NCBI RefSeq assembly: GCF_963676685.1
Contig: NC_092349.1
Location: forward strand, 86,056,001-86,120,000
Reading direction: 5' to 3'
Length of the DNA: 64,000 nucleotides
Origin: Mytilus edulis
Lineage: Eukaryota
Shown here: positions 54,101 through 64,000 of the stretch, piece by piece
Layout of the letters: each line of letters starts with the position of its first letter
How positions within the stretch are numbered: position 1 is the stretch's first letter
The notes under the pieces: generated by a model
Told to the model about the DNA's origin: nothing
What the model saw: only the letters and a program-made list of their open reading frames with translations
Databases searched by the model: none
Program-made: the position numbers and the translations under genes

Positions 54101-57100
54101 AGTAGAACAATTTTTCATAGCACGTGCCTTCATTAACAAATACTATATAACTAATCTGGGATCACTTTATTTTTGAAACTTGATATGCATAATCTCTATA
54201 AAAATGAGTGTTGATCATGCATGAATGAATTATAACCGACTTATCTTTACAACTTTGTTTACTTTGTAAATGTAGGTCTAAAAGTTGGTGTATTAGAAAA
54301 CCAGAGTATTTATGGACCAGACGTGAATGGTGTTCGTTACATGACCATATATGGCATTAAAGGATTATCTGCATACGCCTGCCATGCTAATGCGCTTGGA
54401 GAAGAAGACCCTGAGGTTTCCACTTCCTTATACGAGGTATATTGTTGAATAACTCATACTCATCACATTCCAATGGTTAATTTCCCTCGTGGATAAGTCA
54501 GAAGACCAAATAAGAAAAAAAAGTGTTTTTTTTTTGTTATCCTGATAACTCTATAAATGAAAATCTCTCATAAGTCAGTGTGGCTACATGTTAACTTAGA
54601 TTTAAATCTTGTTTGTATGTTTGAGTACACAAATGAAATATTCTGTCCGTCTTTCTGTCTAATATGTTATGAAATTCCCCGAAGTCCTTACGTATACATC
54701 CATTCGTTGTCAAACATTTTTGGTAAGCGAATTTTACATAAAAAAGGTTTTTCTTTATTCGGCATTGATGAAAACGGTCACACCTGTACATTTTACATGA
54801 ACATGGAGCTTATGTACTATAGTATGACTATCTATTACTCGACTAATTAAATAGAACAAACAAAAAAGAAAACGGAGTAATTATAAAGCTATGTTTTATT
54901 ATTTCTTTTTTCAGCTCACGTTTTCTTTAAAAATGATGATGTCTGCTGATTTTTACAATTCAGGTTTTGGACTTTTTGACTAGTGGAACAGAAGAAGAGC
55001 GTCATGATCTGACTACGAATCTAAAACTTGCTCTAAAAGTAGGGGAAATAAACCTCCGAGTGATGGAGCTGTTAGATAAAGGTCACCGGAAGCAGCTTGG
55101 TATACCATCTCCCTCAACAGTTAACAGAGCACCTGTCCAAGGAAAGGTACACTCTTAAAGTATTTTATTAGTTACCAATGAGACAGGAGTTTGAGCAAGT
55201 TTACAAGAGCACAAACAATTTGTTTTAACGAAAATAATACTACCAATTTCGCGTGTCCGAAGAGATTTTCTGAATTTAACTTCCTTTTTATTTCAAGTTA
55301 CGAGCAAAAAAAAACAACAACATGTAAGCATTTTTAACCCCTTTTTGACCATTTTTGGTAGCTTGGTACCTTGATACTAATTCCGCTATATATGGGCATG
55401 TATTGTCCTATGTCGTTACTTTTGTTGACCAGTATACGTTGACTTAAGTTATAAATGTCGTGTTCTTACCTATAGTAACGTGCTGCGTATAGATTATCGG
55501 GTTTTCAACACATTGATATCGTAAAATATCAGCCGCGAGCCACAATGTGAACCTTTTTGGCGAGTAAGCGTAGCGAACGATCTAAAAAGTTTCACATTGT
55601 GTCGAGCGGCTGATATTTTACGATATCTATACGTAGAAAACCCGATTATCTGTTTATCGTCTTTTTTCCTCTCCCTAAGACAGTTTTACGCTTGACGAAA
55701 GCAAGCTTGATAACGTGTGACGTCTCTGATAACTTCTCCTCTCACATTGTGACGTCGCTGATAATGCCTGGTCTCGTTTTGAAGTTTTGATATGAGAATT
55801 ACTGAGCGACAGAGCAGGGTGATATAGGCGTAGGGAAGGACAATAATATATATGATATTACATTCATTCATTTCTTTATTTCTTCTAGATCACGAGATTC
55901 AATGAACAACTATATGTAATCAGATTAAATTACAAAAGTTTGCAAATCATAATAACACAATATAATATTACAATATGTACAATAAGTACAGTTAATATGT
56001 AATTGTTTATAACTAAAGAATTCGAACATGTCGTCAAGAAAATTGCTCTCATTAACGACGGTTCATGCACTGGCACATATACGAATCGTCGTTCTCGCTA
56101 GTCTGTTATACATGCAGCGACACAGTGTGCAACGTGCATGTGGCAAAGCTTCCAAAAACTGTCGGTGTCGATATTGATTGTTGTTACGTGATTGCCAAAA
56201 ACAATGCTTGTCGTATGAATCAAGTTCCACAAATAAATGCAATGGAAGTTTTTCAATTATGAACTCCCACCACACATCTCTGATTGTATGAGTTCCACAA
56301 CAGCTATAACATGGATGTACATGCATCTAAAACTGACTGTTACATGGCTCGCGCGTGCCTCCTGAGATTGATACAATTCACCTTTTTTCTTTACTTTTGC
56401 TTCTTTCACTCAGGTAGCAAATTGTTAGATTCCACTACTAAAAAACTATTATTAGCAAATATAATGTCATCATTAAAGCCTACATTTCATGGTTTCGCGT
56501 GTTGCTTTTAAATTTACTTCTTAAACAAATGGATTGACAATAAAGGACTTACCATTAATTTTTTAAATAAAAGCAAGGGAAAAGGCAAATTAAATACTTT
56601 CAGATAAACTGGCTTGACAAATAACAACTACAGTTTGTTATTTTACTCCCATTTTTCCCTTTATGATTCAATAAGAAATAATGCATATTTTAAGTTCTTG
56701 CTCGTAATATAACACACCAAGGGTGATATGATTGCTCAAATGAAAGGACCAACCGTTCGAAGGTTTCCTTTGTGCAATCCTAGAGGTGGATCCATTTTTT
56801 ATATCCGATATTACACTGTATGTATGAGCCTAAGCTATGTACATGCTTGTATATTTAAATGTGCATACAAGAAATAACGTTTACATCTGTATTGTAGTGT
56901 ATACTGGTTTCAGGACATGACCTGATGGATCTTTATGCTATTCTGAAACATACTGAAAAAGAAGGAATAAACGTCTACACTCACGGAGAGATGTTACCAG
57001 CACACAGCTATCCCATTTTGAGAGAGTTCAAGGTACATACCCATATACACAAATGACACATATTAACGAATAAAGATCTGAGAAAACTATGTTTTACCTA

Positions 57101-60100
57101 TTATATATATTGTTTAAGGTTTAATGAGTGGAGCTGGAACTGCCTTCTTATCCTACACTTGCAGTTATCCATGTTTCGGTGGGAGTCATGGTTTATGTGG
57201 TTTATTGACTATCGTGATCTAATGTGTTTGATTCCTTCCCGTCGGCATTCAATTTTGTTCTAAAACCAAAATGTCACCTTTAACAAGGCAGAATGATAAT
57301 GCTTTTTTTAAACAAACAAATATCGAAATAGAAATATTTTCTTAATTGACCAATACTAACATAACATACATCTTGGACTATCTGAAGATACATATTGTAT
57401 TATCTGATTAAGAAATTTCGTTATTCAAATTTTGTCTATGGATTCAAAAATGAAGTAAACTTCATAAACTTTATTCAGGGACCAGCTAAGTCCCACCTCG
57501 GTCGCGGGATATTCTCTCTGAGTTGAAGACTCATTGGTGGCCTTCGGCTGTTGTCTGCTATTTGGTCGGGTTGTTGTCTCTTTTACATATGCCCCGTTTT
57601 CATTCTCAATTTTATCGTAAAAACTTAGATATGACACTAAACTTCGACTTTGAACTTTTTCTGAAGTACATTTCATCTTCTCGTAGAATCTGGTTGGTCA
57701 GTTTGGTAGTGCATGGCAGAATCAGAAGATTGAATTTGGAACTTTTCCAGGACCAGTTGTCATAACAACAAATTGTGTTATCGAGCCTTTGAAGTCTTAC
57801 AGAGATAGACTGTATACTTTGAACGAGACAGGAATCCATGGAGTTAAACATATCAATTTGGAAAATAAAGAGGAAATTTCTCAATTGATAAACGTAAGCT
57901 TAAGGTAGATAGGGTGTCTTCCTCCATCTTGGATTTGGAAATACCAGAAAACAAGGTCTAGATCTTTAATAGAATGTGCAAATTTTTAGAGAAGTAGATA
58001 ATTCATGTGTAAGAAATTCCACTTCTACATAGAAAATGACATGTTTTATCATATTTATGATTGTATTTTACAAAAAACAGAAATTTTTTGTTCGAACAAT
58101 TTTTTTCCAACTTTGCCACATAAGGGGATGCAACTCAAATGCAAGGGCAGATAATGCAGATTATGGTATTTTTACAATAGAATGTGTTAGGAATTTCTCT
58201 ATTTTATTATGTAACAAGAAAACAGGTCCGGTGACCCCATTTTTTCTTTTTCTTAACTGAAAGCATACTATTAAAGCTATCTTCTCATATGTTATCTCAA
58301 AATTCTATGGTGTAGTTTACGCTTTATTGCAGAAAATTGGGGTTTCCATGCATAATCTATACAAAATTTGACAATTTTGAACACCGTGTAGCATGAATAA
58401 AAGCCCGGTGACCCATTCTTTTTATTACTTTTTTTTAAAAAGCATAATATAAACTTCATTTTGGCAAATTATTAAAAAATTCTATGGATTATAATTTAGA
58501 CACCCCATCTACCTTAACACGTATATATTTTCACTACTGTGGCAAGTATTGTCTAGAAAGGTTCCCAAGAGTGTGCAATTGAGATTTCATCATAAGATAC
58601 CTTAATGTATTTTGCCGTATCATAAAATAAGCTTTGTATTTGAAAAACGAAGAACAACGTACAGACAATCAAAATTTCACTATTGCGTTACATAATTTAT
58701 TTTTGGCAAAGAATGATTAAAAAAAAAAAATGCATCTGGTTAAATATAGTACACTCATCACAGATCTAGTTTGATAATTTGACGCGTGTTTTGTCTTTAA
58801 AAGAGTCATCAGTGACGCTAAAATAAAAAAGGAGTAGAAAAGGGCTCAACGAAGAAACAGTTTGCTCCATACACAGACAAAATTGAATTTCACTCGAGTC
58901 AATTTCACGTATATTTAATTTCAATGCGAATTTCACATCAAACGGGCTTATTCGTAAAAATCGCGTGATTATTATATTAAAATTGATACCAATTTCAATT
59001 TTGAAAAACGACACGTTTTGTAAAATAACTTGCATCAGATATCTCGTGACCTGACCTTGAACCTTACCTCACGTTTGAGAGATTATAACATGAAATGTAG
59101 AATGCACCTCAGTCCAGAAGAACTTCAAAAGAACAAGCATAAGACTGATTTTGTGTGAGAGAGTTTTAATACGACACAAGGGTTTACAAACTGAACGATT
59201 TCATTAATACTGAATTTTTAATGTAATATTTACAGCATGCTAGTTATGTAGTTATGGTCATTGTGGTCATTGATAAAGTAGAAACCATTTATAATATATC
59301 TAAATAACTTTATCATCCATTGAATGCGTGACACGTCCCTGAAGAAAATATTGCAAACAATTAGTTCAATTTTTGACCAAGACTACATTTACCTTTTAAA
59401 AAACCTGGTTCAACTCTCTGATACATGAATAGCGTTATATAGTTATAGGAATAGTGCAACTTATCAAAGCAACCTTCATAGGATAAGCTACTTATCAAAA
59501 TATATCTGTTTAATAATTTGTATGATCGGCTTGGCTTAGACGGATACATAATATTGTAAGGTATTCTACAGTTTGTTTTTCAGAACAAACATTTCTCATG
59601 AAATGAAAATGAAAGAAATTAAACACAGAATATGGAAATAAATAAATCCCTAAGGCTCGCACCCCCTTTTAAAAGAGATGAATACGAATGATATAATTTG
59701 AAAGTGTAAGTGCGGTGTTTGTAGAAGAGATCTACAATGAAATACATTTTGGAACACATTTTTGAAAAAGAAAATATAAAGAAATTAAACACAGTATATT
59801 GTAATATATAGTAGCTTCACATCCTTTTGTTTCAACAACGTTTCAACAAAGGTATGATTATATCATGAATTTTATAAGCGTAAGAGTGAAATGGGAAGGA
59901 GGAACCCTACAATGAAATATAAGGATAATACTTCTTCATTTCCAGCATGCAAAATCACTTCCTGGATTCGACGACAAGACAATTCAGAAGTTTGATAAAA
60001 ATACATTTACTGTCGGCTTTGGAAGAGAGATTATCTTAGATAATGCAGAAAAAGTGAGTTGTGTACAGCTTGGATTGTTTTATTTTTACTTATATTTTTA

Positions 60101-63100
60101 CTCTATTTCATTTGGTGGACTGTAGCAAATAGTCTTACATCAGTATTGTCAAGATTTGTCTTTTACATAATACTTATAGTCATACTAAATAAATATGTTC
60201 TGCGGAATGCCGTATAAAAACACATCCACGTCCGTTCATAATTTTAACCATTTGGCTCCCTAAAAATACCAGGCTTATAATCCAGTTCGCAAGATATACG
60301 TTTCATTGATTTCAATTAAAATCTGATGTTTGTGTTTGGAAATTTCCGTGCTATGCAGGTTGATCTGCAACTCTTCGTTAGTTTATTGAATTACTTTCTT
60401 TCTGTCCCTATCCAACATATTATCTTTTTCACATGGAATGTCACATTTCTTACCTTCAATATGGTCACCTCGTTTTGAAAAATAATCCTGTTTGAAAAAT
60501 TGTTTAATTTGATCTTGTCCTGTAATATATGTTGTTTAGTTAAATAAATGCAATGTATTTTATGCATGGTTGTTGAGACTCTCGACTCGCATATTTGTTT
60601 TGTTACTTCTTCCTTAAACATAATCTTAATCCTTAAATTATGTTTTGAATTACAACATTGCTTATATCATGCTTTTGGCTTCTATTACACAACGATTATC
60701 ATTTCATCGTGTTTCACATTTTTTAAATCCTAAATTCACGTGACTGATTGTACAGTAATCTCTAATACACATGACTATGTCAGGCTTTTGTTACTTTCTT
60801 ACTTATTTAAACTTGTACTTGTACCACTCTTTCTATACATTCATCGGGGTTATGGTATATCACGCTGAAACTTCTGTAGGATTTCTTTTTGAGCCGACTT
60901 CGTCAAAATTGTCCGTCTACCACGATTGGTATCGATAAACATGTTTTATTATGTTATAACTCAATCGAGCGATGATACACTAGTGATAACATGAAGAAAA
61001 GTACATGTAGTTTGTGTAATCCTGATTTTGTTTTTATTCTGCATGTGTAAATATTAGTGTTGTCAAATCGTAAACTTTTGCCTAACCGGTTACAGGGGCG
61101 TAGCTAGAATAAAACGATGTGGAAGCAACTATCGCCGAGCGGAGCGAGGCGAACAAATTTTGGGACCCTTTTATGCAGAAATTTTTTTTCGGTTTTCGGT
61201 TATCATGGTCATAGGACGCCCGGTTAAAAGTGGAGCTACATGTAGATAAAAATTTATGAACGTTAAACTATTAATAAATCTTCTGAATAAACAAGACATA
61301 TTTGTGATACAGAATTTACTCAAAATTGTCCAAAATCTGCTCTTCGGGTCTGGGCAGAAACAAACTTCTCTATTACTTTGTCAATATTCACACTGAAATC
61401 CCGATGAATATGCAGTAATACTATGTATGTTCTGTCGGTGTTCATTGTTGATCGTACATTTGTTTTCAATAAAATACGTAGTACTGTGACTAATAAATCT
61501 CCAGCATGGCATGGTAGCACTCGCGAGATGTTATAAACCAGCTTACGTGTTCGGCATCGAGAGACCTCCCAATTGAATTCGTCAAAATTACATGCCAGAT
61601 CAGTTTCAAATGTCTCAGACAATATTGAGATTTGTTCGTTTGAAATATAACCTACAACACGATGAAGCAGATTCAGCGCAAAAAAAGAGATTTTCTGATA
61701 ATACTTGACGCGACTCCACTCTCCAAATCCCTTATCATATGGTCAACGAACTCAAAAATAATGAGACTTTCCAATACTGTTTTGGCGTTGTTGCAGGGTG
61801 ATTGGCTCCGGTAGTCTGTCGACCACATCGCCTCGGCATATTTTTAACGATATCGAAGGGATCTGATAATTCTAATGCCATTGGTACATCTCATTCAAAA
61901 CTGATGAACTGTACACTGTTAAATGTGCTTCAAACCTACATGTCTTAGACTGAGTATTACAAATTCAAATATTGTAAAAGATACAAGTTACCTTCCGATG
62001 TTGGCATAATCTCAAAAAAAAATAATTTTGAAACCAAATGTCGTTATTTAATGATATTTCATCAATTAAAAAAGTGACAACATAGGTGTTTCCTTTAACA
62101 TTCAATTTTTATTTTGCCATTTCTTTCTTGCATGCCGAATCAATGTGCACGCAACTGCGTGTTAGCGTATAGGGAGCTATGATATTTTTCTGCATGACTC
62201 GAACATCTTCATCAACACTTTTAACTAGGTTGTCAAACTAATATCCGGGATAAACAGAACAGACACCAACAGTCTCCGAACGTTAGATAATACATCACGC
62301 TGTCCGATTCCGATTGACCAACTCGTCTCTCTCTCTTCTGTTTTTGTTTTTTTTTTGTTTTTTTTTGTGTGTGAAAACGACGTGGATGCACGTGCTGTCG
62401 TGCCTCCGGGTAGCTACGCCCCTGGGTTACTTGTATACTCGTTCGACCGATTAACCGGTTAACCAGCATTTTAAGTTAATGTTTGAAGGACTTATCAATA
62501 GTATCCTACACATCGATATAAGAAGATGTGATATGAGTGTCAATGTGACTATATTCCATCCAACTCATACATTTACGTTTTTATAATACGATGAATTGAA
62601 GTTTGGCTTTTGGTTTTATAAGGCTTGTCTGTGAAGATTCCTGTCGAAGTTTGACTTTTAATAATCAAATACACGGTATCAACTTAATTTCCGGTACTTC
62701 AAGAGAATACAGCTCGAAAACCAGCACGGTTGCTATGGACTGTCTTTGCACCAATGGATTTGTCGTTTATATTTGAATCGCAATTCGAATTTACAAAAAA
62801 ATCTATTGACCAACGAATTAGAAAATCATTATAAAGTAAAAATATATGCCGTGTTTTTTTAATGATTTCCCCTACATATCCTTTGTACTTCTGGCGTAGC
62901 ATGCTGTTAGTTTCAACAGCTTGTATCTGAAAAACGGAAACGGTTACCCCCTTTTTTATTTTATATTCTGATGTATTTTTACAAGTAGAATCCACATGTA
63001 AAAATTTTTAAAAATCTGTTGAGAGTTATATTACGTACACTTCGCCTTAATCCTGATATTCGTACCATCATGTATACATAGATTACATTCACGTTGGTTT

Positions 63101-64000
63101 GCTATTTACAGTTTTTGAGTTAGCATTTAGTTTAAAGTATGACAAAGACTTGCACAACGGAGTTTGCATATTTAGATGTAGGTCTACACAATATAAGATT
63201 AAAAATGAAATAATGAAGTAAATCATGAATTGAATCGTACTACTGATTAAAAATTACTGTTAAAAAACAGGAACCTAATACTAAATATTAAAGAAGTAAA
63301 GCTTCTACAGTCGTCCTGTTGTACTACGTCAGGAATATAACAGTTGTTTTCCATTCGTTTGATGTGTTTGAGCATTTGATTTTGCCTTTTGATTCGGGAC
63401 TTTCCATTTTGAACTTTCCTTTGTGTTCGGTATTTTTTTTATTTTATTTTTTCACATGTTAAGAATTGAAAAAAATATACTGCAAGTTGTGATAACTTGT
63501 GTCCGATTTTTTTGTTAATTATCTCTCTCTCTCTCTGCATACAGCCTACTCTATTCTACTCTGTAATAAGAACGAAATGAACAACATATAAAAAGTAACA
63601 AAATCATATTAGTATATGGTGACTTGTAAACTAATAGTTGGTATAGACTTATATTAATCTGGTAATATTTTAGGTTCTTCAAGCAGTAGCCGATGGAGAT
63701 TTGACGAGAATATTTGTCATTGGTGGATGTGACGGTTCGGAACACAAACGTAACTATTTCAAAACATTGGCACACTCATTGCCCCCACAAACGCTTATAC
63801 TTACTATGGGTTGCGCTAAATATAGAATCAACGATAAAGACTATGGAACTCTGGGAAATACTGGAATCCCCCGACTTCTTGACCTTGGACAGTGTAATGA
63901 CAGTTATGGTGCAATAATGGTAGCTCAGGCACTGGCGTCGGCACTCAATACTGACATTAACAGTTTGCCTCTTTCTTTATCATTGTCGTGGTTTGAACAG
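48001..64000 (+). CDS. hcp: Hybrid cluster protein (HCP, prismane / hydroxylamine reductase), spliced gene with probable mitochondrial presequence; 3' end lies beyond the window
   Basis: Hand-spliced exons 48001-48181, 51617-51824, 52688-52875, 54276-54436, 54964-55146, 56898-57032, 57687-57893, 59946-60053 and 63674-64000+. All introns are GT-AG and phase-compatible, giving 566 stop-free codons. Motifs in the correct order: [101 protein letters not shown]. Confidence 0.97.
48403..48460. repeat. (CAAA)n microsatellite, probably the tail of a minus-strand retroposon fragment
   Basis: Perfect CAAA run; on the - strand AATAAA lies just upstream of (TTTG)n. Confidence 0.85.
50686..51424. mobile_element. 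Long-TIR TTAA-flanked MITE (Kolobok-like) in HCP intron 1
   Basis: Inverted arms of about 220 bp (50681-50906 and 51204-51429), highly similar, with TTAA at both ends; mirrored ORFs 50642+ and 51447- show the same symmetry. Confidence 0.88.
51617..51824 (+). CDS. hcp: HCP exon 2: [4Fe-4S]-binding Cx2Cx8Cx5C motif
   Basis: [46 protein letters not shown]...QAMF; boundaries tttcag| and |gtacat. Confidence 0.96.
52688..52875 (+). CDS. hcp: HCP exon 3
   Basis: (S)[28 protein letters not shown]...LEDE; boundaries ttacag| and |gtaaat. Confidence 0.95.
52969..53207. mobile_element. Second copy of the CACAGGCAC MITE with a nested palindromic element (53027-53170)
   Basis: Same termini as 43523-43611; internal inverted repeat TCAATCTAATTAAAAACCGAT...ATCGGTTTTTAATTAGATTGA. 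Confidence 0.8.
54276..54436 (+). CDS. hcp: HCP exon 4
   Basis: (G)[53 protein letters not shown]; boundaries tgtag| and |gtatat. Confidence 0.95.
54964..55146 (+). CDS. hcp: HCP exon 5
   Basis: [61 protein letters not shown]; boundaries ttcag| and |gtacac. Confidence 0.95.
55491..55651. repeat. ~160-bp palindromic element in HCP intron 5
   Basis: Arms AGATTATCGGGTTTTC..GATATCGTAAAATATCAGCCGC..CACAATGTGAA pair with their reverse complement around a GCGAGTAAGCGTAGCGAAC loop. Confidence 0.8.
56898..57032 (+). CDS. hcp: HCP exon 6 (His and Glu ligands of the hybrid cluster)
   Basis: [45 protein letters not shown]; boundaries tgtag| and |gtacat. Confidence 0.96.
57687..57893 (+). CDS. hcp: HCP exon 7
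   Basis: [69 protein letters not shown]; boundaries cgtag| and |gtaagc. Confidence 0.96.
57904..58513. mobile_element. TTAA-targeting MITE (Kolobok-like) in HCP intron 7
   Basis: TIR GGTAGATAGGGTGTCT / AGACACCCCATCTACC, flanked by TTAA on both sides. Confidence 0.85.
59946..60053 (+). CDS. hcp: HCP exon 8
   Basis: [36 protein letters not shown]; boundaries ttccag| and |gtgagt. Confidence 0.93.
61093..62424 (-). mobile_element. Deleted hAT5-type DNA transposon with transposase remnant, in HCP intron 8
   Basis: TIR CAGGGGCGTAGCTA / TAGCTACGCCCCTG; 5-bp TSD GGTTA. The - strand remnant ...[32 protein letters not shown] (61320-61622) resembles the hAT C-terminal dimerisation region of ZMYM1/THAP12-like transposases. 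Confidence 0.88.
63674..64000 (+). CDS. hcp: HCP exon 9 (runs to the window edge)
   Basis: [109 protein letters not shown]; acceptor ttttag|. Confidence 0.96.

Noticed and set aside
59236-59310. Possible alternative HCP exon 8 (TTTACAG|CATGCT..., starting His-Ala)
   Set aside because: The translation [23 protein letters not shown] has no HCP similarity and hits a stop; 59946-60053 fits the family.
48001-64000. HCP as bacterial contamination or symbiont DNA
   Set aside because: It has eight spliceosomal introns carrying the same host repeat families as the rest of the window and an added presequence exon.
1-64000. tRNA, rRNA or snoRNA genes
   Set aside because: I recognised none by eye; tRNAscan-SE and Infernal would be needed to exclude them.

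Overview
AT-rich animal genomic DNA with spliceosomal GT-AG introns, minisatellites, MITEs and a LINE. The repeat families look to me like those of a bivalve such as Mytilus, but that is recollection, not a search result. I can support three protein-coding genes. (1) MTO1/GidA on the - strand: 7 coding exons at 41209-35647 encode about 310 aa, and I could not find the remaining exons in the window. (2) An orphan class A GPCR resembling SREB/GPR85 on the + strand (16818-18095), with an uninterrupted CDS and apparently nested antisense in a >35 kb MTO1 intron. (3) The main finding, divergent from MTO1: a hybrid cluster protein (HCP, prismane/hydroxylamine-NO reductase) gene with at least 9 exons (48001 to beyond 64000). 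It has the class I N-terminal Cys motif, seven hybrid-cluster ligands, and a separate first exon encoding a probable mitochondrial presequence. HCP is a bacterial anaerobic Fe-S enzyme, here apparently naturalised in an animal genome. The rest is a 5'-truncated LINE, many non-autonomous DNA transposons with readable TIRs and target-site duplications, and tandem repeats. CpG content shifts sharply near 43.3 kb.
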